Assembly: GCF_036321535.1 (NCBI RefSeq)
Contig: NC_087436.1
Span: 14,136,001 to 14,200,000, forward strand
Source: Camelus dromedarius
Taxonomy: Eukaryota
Length of the DNA stretch: 64,000 nt
Direction: 5' to 3'
In this document: positions 12,875-24,471 of the stretch, piece after piece
Numbering within the stretch: position 1 is the first letter of the stretch
Layout of the letters: each line of letters opens with the position of its first letter
The notes under the pieces: model-generated
Told to the model about the DNA's origin: nothing
Seen by the model: only the letters and a program-made list of their open reading frames with translations
Databases searched by the model: none
Translations under genes and position numbers: made by a program

Positions 12875-13250
12875 ACTGTTACTAATGAGAACTAACTAAA
12901 GTGGCTTAACAAGTGAGAGGTTTATTTCTTTCTCATAAAATAAGTCCAGAGATAGGCATCCCTGGGCCAGTAAGGTAGCTCTTCAGGGGCCTAGCTATTT
13001 CTGTCCTGTTTTACCATTTCTAAGGCCTGACTTCTAGCTTTATGGTGACATCATGGCTCCAGATGGCTGCTAGAGCCCCAGCCATTACACCTGTATTCCA
13101 GGCAGGAAGAAGAGAAAGGGAAAGGGGCAGTGGGAGTCTCACTTTGAAGGAAATTTTCTAGAAATCCCACTTGCAGATCTCTGACCAGAACTTAGTCTCA
13201 TGGCCACAGCAAGATGCCAGGGAGGGAGAGTCTTTTAGCTGGAGACATTA
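12875..13250 (-). mobile_element. Old MLT1 (J/K/L-like) LTR
   Basis: aagtggcttaacaag...gtttatttcttt...aagtccagag...agatggctgc...ccagccattaca...ccagaacttagtctcatggccaca. Confidence 0.65.
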
Positions 13251-13566
13251 TCTCTAAGGTAGCTAACTAGTCATCTCTTCCATCAAGGGCAAAGCATACT
13301 TCCATTCCAGACCCTGAGAGCATGAACTTCTGTTCAACACTAATGGAACAGAATTTTAAATGGGGCCACTTCCCCACAGGTGGCATTGATGGTCTAAATC
13401 AGCACTCAGAGGCTGGCTGTCCCCCACCCCACCCACACAACAGAGCCCACCCTCAACTGTCCTCTGCCTATACCCCCTTGTAGTGAAGTCACTTAGATAC
13501 ATATGGTCCTTTTTCCTGAAGAATACGGAATGAGGTTTGTTTTATTTGTTTGTTTTTTAAGGACTT

Positions 13567-13997
13567 GTAGTAGATTTAACCGTGGCTACCCAAAGATATC
13601 AAGTCTTTATCCCTGGAACTTAGAAATGTTACCTTATTTGGAAAAAGGGTCTTTGCAGATGCAATTAAATTAGGAGTCTGCAATGAAATTACCCTGGATT
13701 ACCTACATAGGCCCCAAAAGCCATCACAAATGTAGTTCTGAGAGACACAGAAAAAGAAGAGGAGGCAGTGTGGCCACAGGCAGAGAACGGAGTGATACGG
13801 CCACAGCCAAGGGACCCCTGGAGGCCCAGAAGCTGGGAGAGCAAAGGAACAGATGCTCCCCTGGAGCCTTCAGAGGGAGATGGCCCTGCCAGCACTTTGA
13901 TTGGGGACTTCTGGCTTCCAGAACTGGGACAGAATGAATGTATGTTGTTTTAAGCCACCTAGTTTGTGGTGCTTGGTTACAGCAGCAAACTGATAGT
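13567..13997 (+). mobile_element. MLT1 (C/D-like) solo LTR
   Basis: atgttaccttatttggaaaaagggtctttgcagatg...ccacagccaagg...ctggagccttcagaggga...ttgttttaagccacctagtttgtgg...ttacagcagc. Confidence 0.88.
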
Positions 13998-14424
13998 ATT
14001 ACGTTAGAGGCACATCTTACACTATATACACTGAGGGATTAAAGAATTACATTTGAAAGAAAATGAAAGTGGAAAAGCCAGTAGACAGATGAAAAATATG
14101 TCAGATTTGTAGGAAGATAATAATACTCTTAACTGAAAAAACATACAAAAAGTCTCCAAAAAATTTTTTAGGTATATTCAGTTGTAAAACCTCTATGATA
14201 AAAATGGTAAAACTGAAATGTTTTAAACGGATGTGACAAGACTATAAAACTGAAATATATGAAGACTTTATTCAAATTTATTAGAAAAATAGCTAGACCT
14301 TAACATGTAAGTGGAGGGAATACATAAATGGTCCTCACAATGGGAAATTCAGTGAACGAGCTCGTCCCGTCAAAATAAAAACAGTTGCCTGTTGTGACTG
14401 TCTCAAATGCCTACACAAACCTGA

Positions 14425-14522
14425 AAGGTAGATGTTATTATCTCCATTTTAGAGATGAGTAAACTGAGGCCAAGGGAGGATGGACAGTGCTTAGGGAGTT
14501 AGAATTTGAACCTAAGTCTGAG
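14425..14522. mobile_element. MIR SINE
   Basis: attatctccattttagagatgagtaaactgaggc core ... agaatttgaacctaagtctg. Confidence 0.75.
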
Positions 14523-14997
14523 AAAATAATTATCATTGCAGGTAATCGTTCATTCACGTATTAAGTTAGTATTTATCTTACTTCTACTCTGTAGGACTAG
14601 GCATGGCACTAAGATTGGAGATTTAAAGATGAACAAGACTCCTTTCTTTTCTTGAGTTATCCGGAAGTTAGGGGAGCAGGTAGACAAATGCACCATCAAT
14701 CAAAGACTGTGATAAGTGTTATGATCAGAGCACACAGAGGAGAACCACAGAGACACCTGTTGGAGATGTCTATTTGTATTCAGGCTGAATTTAAATGTTA
14801 ACATCCAATGGTAACACCAGGATGTAGTGCCAACTTTGGACAGCAATTTTGCATTTCCTAGCAGCAGCCAAAAAGGTATTCAAGCATTTTGACCTAGTAA
14901 TTCACTCCTGGGAAGTTATCTTAATAAAATCATTCAAAAGAAGAAAAAAGAACCAAGATACTCTAGGTTTATTGTAACATTGAAAAAGTAACAATAA

Positions 14998-15250
14998 AGG
15001 GGAAGGGGGATAGGAATAAATTAGGGGTTGGGGATTAGCAGACACACATTACTATATATAAAATATATAAACAACAAGGACCTACTGTATAGCACAGGGA
15101 ACTATATTCAGTTTCTTTTAATAGCATAAAATAGAAAAGAATCTGAAAAGAAAAAATATGTAGGTATGTATATGTATAGCTGAATCACTTTGCTGCACAC
15201 CTGAAACTAACATTGTAAATCAACTACACTTCAATAAAAAAAATTTTTTT
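14998..15250 (+). mobile_element. 5'-truncated L1 3' end (artiodactyl-type) with 13-bp TSD
   Basis: aacaacaaggacctactgtatagcacagggaactatattca...gaatcactttgctgcacacctgaaac...aataaaaaaaa; TSD AAAGTAACAATAA at 14985-14997 and 15251-15263. Confidence 0.88.
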
Positions 15251-15931
15251 AAAGTAACAATAATAGGAAGCTGAGAGGAGGCAAGAGGCATTTTGAGACA
15301 TCCTAGGACAAAAGTTGGGCAGGCGTGAGTGATGGATAAACAGGAGTAGAGGTGACTGCTGTGACAGAACCTCTCGAAGCCCTGGTTCCCCCAGACTCAC
15401 CCATTGCCTCTCCCTCTGAGTGATGGCTTCAGCCTGTCCTGGTCCCAGCATGTGGCTCTGTGACCAGCTTTGCTCTGACCCAGTCTGTACACCCGGCCAC
15501 AATGGCCATCATGAAGGGAACATGTATTCCTAGACTACGATAGATAAACACAATGAAATATCATTCAGCTATTTAAAAAAGTCAGGAAGGCTGTGTCAAA
15601 ATATGAAAAAGTGTTTCACAGCAGAAACAGCCTAGATAGCCATAAGGGGAAAGATTTAATGGGCTGTGACAGATTAACACAATGGAACATTATAGTGGCT
15701 ATTAAAAGAGATTAATTACAAAGACCATGTAGGGGACATGGAAAAAATGTTAAATATGGTGATAAATAAAAATAGCTGAATATGGAATTATACATGTGAA
15801 CAGACTATATAAAGGTTTCTCTCTCATTTCTATGATGTGATATAACTTTTATCATTATAAAAATGGAATGTATACAAGTAGAAAGTGACATACAAAATGT
15901 TTTGAATTGCAATGCAATGAGTGATTAAAAT

Positions 15932-16180
15932 TTTTTTTCTATTTCTTTTTTTTTAACATTTTTTATTGATTTATAATAATTTTACAATGTTGTGTCAAAT
16001 TCCAGTGTTCAGCACAATTTTTCAGTCATTCATGGACATATACACACTCATTGTCACATTTTTTTCTCTGTGAGTTATCATAACATTTTGTGTATATTTC
16101 CCTGTGCTATACAGTGTAATCTTGTTTATCTATTCTACAATTTTGAAATCCCAGTCTATCCCTTCCCACCCTCCACCCCC
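15932..16180 (-). mobile_element. 5'-truncated L1 3' end (camelid-type)
   Basis: Poly-T start, then ttttacaatgttgtgtcaaattccagtg...tttccctgtgctatacagt...atcccagtctatcccttcccaccc. Confidence 0.8.
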
Positions 16181-16411
16181 CTAAAAATTTTTATTTTTTG
16201 ATAGCAGTATTTTAGGGTTCTTTTTAGTAAGATGAACAAAGCTTTTAAAAGACAATAAATTTCCAAATTAAGAGGATTCTTCCAAACCAGCAAAGAAAGA
16301 AATATTTCTTGAGGGTCTTCGGCAACATTGTTCTCGGTTCTGGTGTATAAAAGGTGACCGCCTGGAGATGTCTACTCTGGAGTTGTTCACACTGTCTGTC
16401 TCCATCCTTGG

Positions 16412-16943
16412 GCTAGATTGCCTACAAAGATGACAGCCCACAGTTCTTTCACTCCTGTGCATGCTGCGCCCATCAAGACATGGAGACCGGTTCATCGCCC
16501 CTTAAATCAGGGCTGGCCCTGGGACTTGCTTTGCCATAGGATATGGTGAAGATCACCCAGTGTGATTTCTGATCTGGGGACTTAAGAGTCTTCCCGCTTG
16601 GGTTTTTGTCCTCATGGAAGCCTGCTGCCTTGTAAACAAATCCAACTATCTGACTAGAGAGAGGCCACATAGAGAGAGAGGTGCTGGAGGAAAAAGGGTT
16701 CAGCTCAGCCAGCCCCTGGCTCGTCCAGCCACCACAGCTGAGGTGCCAGACATGTGAGTGATGCTATCCTGTCACCTCCAGCCCCAGCAGAGCCACTCAG
16801 CCAAGACTATGTGGAGCAGAGATGAGCTGTCAACACTGAACCCCACTCAAATTGCAGACTTGTAAGCAAATAAATGCTTCTTGTTGTTCTCAGTTGCTAA
16901 GTTTTGGGGTGTTTTGTTACCTAGCAATAGCTAGCTGAAACAA
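16412..16943 (+). mobile_element. MLT1 (G/H-like) LTR
   Basis: ccatcaagacatggag...gggctggccctgggacttgcttt...gctgaggtgccagacatgtgagtga...agcaaataaatg...ctaagttttggggtgttttgttac...gcaatag. Confidence 0.8.
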
Positions 16944-17142
16944 CTCTCATCTTGAATAGACTGAAGTGTCCCCTGGCTCTGCATCCCCCTCCCCGCACAC
17001 AGTCAGGCACTTCATACACATTAGATGGACAGATTCAGGTGAGAGACAGGAGAGAAGCAAAACAGGAATATTAATAGCTGTTAGTTTATAAATCCTTTCT
17101 GCATATTGACTCAATCACTCTGTGTCACAGTACAGCTGGGGG

Positions 17143-17281
17143 CGGGGGGGCGAGGGTGTAGCTCAGTGGCAGAGCCCGTGCTTAGCATGCACGAGGTCCT
17201 GGGTTCAATCCCCAGTACCTCTGTTAAAAAATAAGTAAATTAATTAATTATCCAAATTACCCCCCCCCCCAGAAAAAAAAA
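17143..17281 (+). mobile_element. tRNA-derived SINE (Vic-1-like), nested in a MIR (~17090-17385)
   Basis: GGGTGTAGCTCAGTGGCAGAGC...GAGGTCCTGGGTTCAATCCCCAGTACCTC plus A-rich tail; MIR sequence resumes (gaggaagtcggcacagagagg...ctgggtttcaaacccaggcag). Confidence 0.88.
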
Positions 17282-17526
17282 TGCAGTTGAGGAAGTCGGC
17301 ACAGAGAGGATCACTAACTAACCAAGGGCACTTACAGTACCAGAGCTGGGTTTCAAACCCAGGCAGACCAGAGCACATGCACTCACTTATTTTGTTATAT
17401 AACTTCTCAGAATAACATGATGGTGAAGATTAGGAAGGAGTCTAAATGCTCTCTCTTGACAAGCCCCTTCCCAACTAAGTACAGAGAGAGCCGAGACAGG
17501 ATAATTACCAGGTGAGGGGCTGCGGC

Positions 17527-17569
17527 TGGGGGGTGTTCCTGGGCGTGGGGGGTGTTCCTGGGCGTGGGG
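17527..17569 (+). repeat. Perfect 19-bp tandem duplication (2.3 copies), G-rich
   Basis: TGGGGGGTGTTCCTGGGCG at 17527-17545 and 17546-17564, followed by TGGGG. Confidence 0.9.
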
Positions 17570-17834
17570 AGCCCGTGGTGTGGTTTCAGCAAGCCCCGAT
17601 TCCCTGGCAGTCTTGCACACACGGCCCCCAGAGTGGGCCAGCTCCCTTGTACACCTGCAGCCTCCCGGGCACCCCTATGTGGATTTCTGGAATTCAAGGG
17701 TTCTTACGGGCTTACTCACGTAGGTGGGATGTAGAGGAGGTGAGACAGAGAGACCACCTCTACACTGGTTTCAGTTGTAGAAAGACACTGTGCTGGGGAG
17801 ATGGTGACTCTTGAGAGGCCGGAACCATCTAGCC

Positions 17835-18222
17835 CAGGGGTTGGCAAGGAGCCCAGGAGCCAGATCCAGCCTACCATGTTTTTTGTATGATTTGCAAATG
17901 TAAGGATGTTTTTCAGTCAATGAATATTTTTTCAACCAATGTTCTTCACTTTTTAGTAGTTGACAAAAACGAGTCTGTTTTTCGTTTTTAATGGTTAAAA
18001 AAATCAAAAGAATAATTCTATTTTGTGACATAGGAAAATCATATGAAATTCACATGTCTGTGCCCATAAATAAAATTTTACTGGAAGGCAGCCACACTTA
18101 CTCACTTACTTACCTGTATGGCCGTCTTCATGCTACAGTGACAGAGCTGCAGAGACTTGTGACCCACAAACCAAAAAAATATTTACTAGGTGTCCTTTTA
18201 TAGAAAGTATTTGCCCACCCCT
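17835..18222. mobile_element. hAT-Charlie non-autonomous DNA transposon (MER58-like)
   Basis: Imperfect terminal inverted repeats CAGGGGTTGGCAA ... TTGCCCACCCCTG, flanked by tctag-type hAT target sites; internal aaatatttacta...ccttttatagaaa segment. Confidence 0.8.
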
Positions 18223-18479
18223 GGTCTAGATAATACTTCATATATTGGCATGATCTTAGCCTGTTTGCTATGTAATGATAAATAACTTAAAATGTTATGG
18301 CATTGACAAGGTCTATGAGTAGACAGACTAAACAGGGAAGACCAGAATGTTAGAGAGGCGCTTTTCCTGGTATGAGGTTGAGGATCTAAAGACAAGGTCG
18401 TAGGCTGAGCTGGGACACATCGCTGGATGCCCTTGGTCAGATCTTTCCCTTGGGCTTAGTCTTTCTGTCCCCAAATAGT

Positions 18480-19682
18480 TCCAACTGTGTTTTTCAGTAT
18501 ATATTGTTGGTTTTTCTTAATAGCTGAGCATAATGCGCTGGGTAAAAGGAACAGCTGTAAATAGGTCATTAGTGATGTGGTGATGAGGAGCGGGGCTGGA
18601 GGTGTCTGTTGTCTTGCAGTTAAGTCTCAGTCTCTTAGATAGCCTATGCCTCTGGACTGTGCTTTTCAATGTCCCCCTCTTTGGGTGAGACAGGGAGGCT
18701 AGAGATGACTAGAGTTGTGTGTGTTTCCCTTCCTCCAGGATGGTTAAGCTCTGATAAAACCCCAGCAGGTTAGGCTCTCGTTAACTAGCTTCTCCTGAGA
18801 GGAGGCCTTGTTAAGAACGGAGTTCTTTGGCATATTTCAAATGGTTCCTGTTCCCCTTCCCTTGACGGATGCACAAGGGGAGATTTTTCCCCCAGTAGTC
18901 TCTGTCAGAACCCAGTAGAGCTCCAGGAGGTAAGTCTCACAAAAGTGTGGGGGCCTCCACCCTCAGGACTGGGTCCCCCTGGAGTGTTGAACCCTCAGAG
19001 TTGTCCACACGGAGCCTCCAGCTCTTCATCAATTACAGTTCAGATTTGCCCACCCCGGGCTCTGGTTCCCAAGGAGGTTTCAGCTGGTGGGTTTCTGCTC
19101 TAGCAAGTTGTGATCCTCTGTGTCCACCTGCTGGTCTCCAATTTTGGGGCAACATTTTGCTCTGTGACCTCACTTCTCTTCTGGATCTAAGAAGAGTTGA
19201 TTTTTTAACTATATTTTATAATAAAGTGAGTTAAAATGCATTAATACTGGGTGACCTATATCTATATCTGTATATACTGAAAAATATACCATCCACATTT
19301 TGCCTAATTTCAAAGTCTAGGATTTTGTTCTTAACATTCAAGAAGTTGCACACAAAGTTTGTCAAGTGGGCAAATAAACAAATGAGTCAAAATTAAGCAC
19401 ACATTGAATATGTGTGAATGTCAATTTTCTTATCTGAAATGAAAAATTATACATTTTACCTTATAGGGAAAATAAAAGAATTATAAATGAATATCATATA
19501 CTTAGTGCCTGCTCTCAGTAAATACAACTTTTTAAATATGATTTCCACTACCCTGTCTTCTAGCTCACTGATCAGTTCCTCTGTATCATTTAGTCTTTCA
19601 GTTTGTTCAGCATTTTACTTGTTGTTAGGATGAAATGGCAACTTCCAAGTTTCTTACACGCTGGACCAGAAACTGGAAGTTG
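18480..19682 (-). mobile_element. Old L1M 5'-end fragment, interrupted at ~19205-19595 by AT-rich sequence
   Basis: gggtaaaaggaac...tctgtgacctcacttctcttctggatctaagaagagttgattttt // ttcagtttgttcagc...ttgttaggatg...ccagaaactggaagt; the terminus resembles the L1 5' end at ~4830. Confidence 0.6.
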
Positions 19683-20059
19683 AATCTTGCTTACATTTTG
19701 AATTAACTTCTCTTTATAGAGAAAAGTTACTGTTTGCTAGACCCTATTCTGGCTGTAAAGATGTGGGAACTGAGTCAGGGAGAAGCTAAATGACTTGGAT
19801 TCCAGCATCCATAACATAAGGCTTGGGCTGTGGTTTAGAAACAGCGTCCTCTTCTCTTTCTGGTACATAAGTTTGATGAACCTAGACCAGACATAGGAGA
19901 AGGGGTCTGAATAAAGTTTCCCAGAGGATGCTCTGACAGATGCCATTCTTGCCAGTTGCTGAATTAAAAACAAAAAGTGCTCTATGGCCCTCTGGTATGA
20001 CCATCCCAAATAAAATATGGAAGAATTCCGTTGTGCCAGTGAGTTCCCTCCTGCCCTTT

Positions 20060-20363
20060 TCCAATGAACCCCCTACTCCCAGAGACAATCGCTGCTCTGA
20101 TTTCTATCACACTAGATTAATTTTGCCTGTTCTTGAACTTCATATAAATAGGCTCATACAGTAAGTCCTCACTTACATCCGGCCTTGTGCACATCTGTGA
20201 CATTCCTCCATGTACTGTATGTCAGTAGCTGGTTCCTTTTTATTTCTAAGTAGTTTTTGTTGTATGACTGTACTCAATTAATTACCCAGTTTATTCCTTC
20301 TCTTGTGGATGGAGACCTTGACTATTGTGAATAAAGCTACTGTGAACATTTTGGCTACTGAGA

Positions 20364-20417
<54 letters not shown>

Positions 20418-20530
20418 TTTATATTTTATTTTTCCTGTACATACCTAGAAGCAGGAATGCTGAATGATAGGGTAAGTATATTAAACTTTATCAGAAATTA
20501 TCAGATAGCTTTCCAAAGCAGTTTTACAGC
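20060..20530 (-). mobile_element. L1ME-type 3' fragment
   Basis: tctgatttctatcac...tagattaattttgcctgttcttgaacttcatataaat...attgtgaataaagctactgtgaacatt...atacctagaagcaggaatgctg. Confidence 0.75.
20366..20416. repeat. (CA)~22 microsatellite followed by short (TA)n
   Basis: Directly visible uninterrupted CA run. Confidence 0.97.
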
Positions 20531-22203
20531 CACAGGGTCTGGCAATTTCTTAGAAAGACCTTGATCAGAGTTTTGAATTTGCATCTTATAGAAGCAGACA
20601 GGAGAGGGCTTCCCCCTTCCCTCACCAGCCGAAATGGAACGTTCTGGTGGCTCCATGTTCTCACCAGCGCTTGGTATCGTCAGCCCTTTGAAGTCTAGCT
20701 ATTCCGGCAGGTGCCAGGAGGGCCAAGGATCATTGGCTTCCACCTGCCAGCCTCTCATGCTCTGGGCTTTATAATATTTCTGTGGTGCCCACCCACTGCT
20801 CAGCGAGGCACCTCGGGGTTTGATCACTCTCAGGGTCCAGTCTCAGACCCTTGGAGCATCAGAAGCCTTGCTCTGATATGTCACTCATTTGTGCAAAGAA
20901 CCTCCCTTCCCATAGCCCTAGGAATATCCTGAAATCCTTTACAAATAAACAAATCGGGACTTTGAAGACCCTTCCAGTCTGGCCTCTGCCTGCCTTTCCA
21001 GCTTGATTTTCCTCAGCCTCCTCACGCACACCCGGCCCCAGCCAGAAACTGCTATTTCTTCCTTTGCTGTCCCTGGTGCCTGTCAGGGGCTTTAGGGTGG
21101 GAGGAGATGATTAACCTGAGGTCACTGCACTTATCTCATGGGTATATTTGCTGCCAAACCCTGCCATCCACCCTCTCTCCTCCTGCACTGGATGTGAACT
21201 GCTCTAAGTCAGTTTCACAACTCTTGCGAGGTGAACTCAGGGGCCCCGCCAGCAGCTGGGTGCTTTTGGAGGCGGGGTATTTGCAGCATAACAATTGGTG
21301 GCCCTCACCCTTGTGCCCTCACATCTCCTGCTCCTCCCACTTATCTGCCACATCCATCCTGAGGTAGGAATTAGGAAGTGACCCTCCCTGGCTGTGTATG
21401 TGTGTTATTTTCAGCTCCCAGCCACCGTTTTCCATGCTGCCTGCCCCGGCCCCTTCCTAGAGCTCCCTGGCCCAGGATTCTGTCTGGAAGCCGTGGACAG
21501 CACAGATAGTGGACAGCCCCGGGTGAAGAGTGAGCAGTTCCGGCTGCTGGAAAGCTGAGGGGCGGTGATGGAGGCTGACCTCCGATGGCCAGCCCTCAGG
21601 ACCATGGGAATCCACTTTCTGGAGACTCCTGTCTCAGGCTGACCCCGGGGCCTCTCAGAAAGAGGCATGGCCCTCGCTGCTGTTATTGGAGTCAAGCCAG
21701 ATTGCAAGGGCTGCTTCTTCCCACACCATGGACCCCGGTGTCTGGGTTCCGGGCTCCACAGCAGAACTGATGGGAGGTCTCAGACCTCTCACTAGGCAGC
21801 GGTTACGGTGCCCTTTCTGAAAACAGCACTAGAGATGTTCCCCTGATACCTGCAGAGCACCTGCCAAGGCCAGGCTCTAAGCAGCCCGCCTAGCCTTGCT
21901 GCCCGGTGTGTGAAACAGAGCCACAGAGAAGTTAAGTGATTCGGGTGCCACGACCCAAGAGATAAGGTGGTTTTGAAACAGCATCTTCTCATTCTAGTGG
22001 GTAAGTTTGATGAACCTAGACCACACTCATAAGAAGCGGTCTGAAGAGAGTTTCCCAGAGCGTGTGCCTGTTAGCACTGTCCTTCCCAGATGCCCAGCAG
22101 AAAAAAGTGTCCTAAGGTCAAACTGGGGAATCACTGCACACAAATTTAATCTATATTAAAGAATGAGATATTCAGAAGTCAAGAAAAAATGGTCTAGCCC
22201 AGG

Positions 22204-22664
22204 TACACTGGTTTGCTAGGGCAGTGGTCACAAAGCACCACAAACTGGGGGGGACGGGGCTTAAAGAATAGAAATCTACTTTCTCCCAGTTCTGGAGATG
22301 AGAATTGGAGATCAAAGCATCAGCAGGGCTGGTTCCTTCTCAGGACTAAGGGGAGAGTCCATACCAGGCCTCTGTCCCGGCTCCTGGTGGCTTGCTGGCC
22401 ATCTTTGGCCGTCCTGGCCTGCAGAAGCATCACCCCGATCTCTGCCTCATTTTCACATGGTGGTCTCCCTGTGTGTGTCTGTGTCCAGATTCCTCCTTTT
22501 TATAAGGGCATCAGTTATATCTGACTAGGGGCCCACCCTACTCCAGCATGATCTCCTGTGAACGACCTCTGCACCAACCCTGTTTCCCTGAGGTCTCATT
22601 CTGAGGTCCTGTGGGTTAGAACTTCAACAGATACATTGGAGGTGGGGACAGCTCAACCCACAAC
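22204..22664 (-). mobile_element. MLT1 (B/C-like) solo LTR
   Basis: caaagcaccacaaactggg...ggcttaaa...cagttctggag...cagcagggctggttccttct...ttttataagggcatcagt...gggcccaccctactccag...gacagctcaacccacaac. Confidence 0.85.
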
Positions 22665-23959
22665 CCTAGAATTTCCCAAATCTAGTTGAGACTCCTTGGT
22701 TCTGGAAAGAGGTTGACAACATAGCTTCAGGGAACCAGAACACACACTCCCAGGTGGGAAAGACCAGCCCCTACCTTGGAACCTTCCCCAAACTTGGGTG
22801 TCACTGGAGAATCCGCCACTCCCTTGGGATCCCCACTCTACACATCAGGCTGCAACTCCTGCCAAGGGCGACTGGGTCAGCTCGGATGAGAGGAGTCTCT
22901 GAGGGCTCCATGATGGGGCAGTCCACACCCCAGCCCAGGGGAGACACAGAACCATCCAGACTTGCTTGTTCCTCATCCCAGCGCTGGCTGTTGGCAGGAG
23001 GTGCTAAGCCACAGTACCTGTCCTCCAGACTGAAGGAAGAAAAATCCATTCTCTTTGGTTATTCAGCAGCCCCTGGGTGTTCACGGTTTCCAGTCTTCAA
23101 GGAGATCTGAAGTTCTGGGACAGGTAGGAATTTGTCATTTGTCTGGGGCATGAATGTGGCACTGCCTGGTGGGGCTGACATCCCTGAGCAGGGGACAGGC
23201 CTCACTGAGAGGCTTCCCTCTTCCTCACACACTCTGGAGAAGGATCAAGGCTTTTTAAGGAAGAACAGCCCTGTTAGAGCTCTCTCTTCTGATTATCCTG
23301 TGATTAACAGAGGAGGAATAGAAGGCTTTTCATTAAAACTATGCCCAGCTGGCCTTCAACAAATCATCAAAGCTGACATGAGCATTTTATTAACCAGAGG
23401 CTCACTCAGAATGCCAGGGAGACTGTCTTGAGATATTATTGGCACAAAAAGTCACATTGAAGGGGACTTGATGGGTGACATTTAGATGAGTCCAGAGAAT
23501 CAGCTCGGCCAGACAAGAAGGAGGGAACCTCTGGTTCAGAAGATGACAGTGTAAGAGAGAATGTGCTCAAAATTGAAGAGTTCATGGACATCTCAGAGAA
23601 GGAGGACATTTTGAAATACTTGAATGAACAAATACTTCCTTGAAACTTAGGAAAAGCAGCTGGAGGAAAAATAAAAGCAAAAACAAACAGAAAAATTCAT
23701 TAGCCAAAGATATAATAGAGGCTGATGATATTACAAGTAGGTCTGAAGTGTGTACATCAATCAATTCCATCATGAAATATAAATTACGCTGTGAGGGATA
23801 GCTGAAATTCAAAATGTTCAGTGGAAACTGCTCTAAAATCTCACAAGCCAGCTTTGAGCCCAAAGCCCAGTGCAAAGCCATATTTACAAACCTCCTTCTA
23901 ATTTTAAGAGCTCATTCCCCTCTTCTACTTTGACTTCTTTTATCTTCTCTATACCTGCA

Positions 23960-24180
23960 ACCACACAGCATAGTGTAATGGAAAGAGAGTCGCAGGCTTA
24001 AGGACCAGAGGGTGGGTTCACTCCTGGTTTTACTTCTCAAGGGGGTGAATTTAGGTGAATTATTGAATTTCATTCTGTGCAAAAAAGGTAATATCATCAA
24101 ACTAGATTCTTGTGAATCAGTGAGATAATTTATGTAAAGTGCTTGGCACGTGGTAGGGGCTCAATTAAATTAGCAATCCT
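23960..24180. mobile_element. MIR SINE
   Basis: gcatagtgtaatggaaagag...gggttca...tgtgaatcagtgagataatttatgtaaagtgcttggcacgtggtaggggctcaat. Confidence 0.75.
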
Positions 24181-24385
24181 CCCTTCTCCCCTCTCAGGAT
24201 TCTAGAGGAGAAAATAGCTTTTCCTGAGGCAGGACAGACAAAGCACAGAGGCTGGCTAGATGGAGGAGGTTCCTTCAAATTTAGCTTCATCCCACTGTTG
24301 AGTTGCTCTGTTCCCAGACCCACTCCCTGTGGTAATGGGACGGTGACCCTCCTGTAGCCACTGTCCCAGCAAGATGAAAGCTGCT

Positions 24386-24471
24386 AGGTGACCAGCTTGT
24401 ACGGACTGCCTGGGACTGTCTTGTTTTGAGCACTGAAAGTCCCAGGAAACTCCTCAGTCCCTGGTCACCCT
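24386..24471. mobile_element. Small hAT-Blackjack-like MITE (MER81/MER94-like)
   Basis: Inverted termini GGTGACCAG ... CTGGTCACC around gcctgggactgtc...gcactgaaagtccc. Confidence 0.6.

Noticed and set aside
9975..13645. CArG-like boxes CCAAATAAGG (~9979) and CCTTATTTGG (~13632)
   Set aside because: Both are part of the MLT1 LTR sequence itself, with no independent evidence of function
19874..19911. Box C (TGATGA) / box D (CTGA) pair suggesting a snoRNA, also at ~22008-22045
   Set aside because: Only ~35 nt span, no terminal stem and no host intron known
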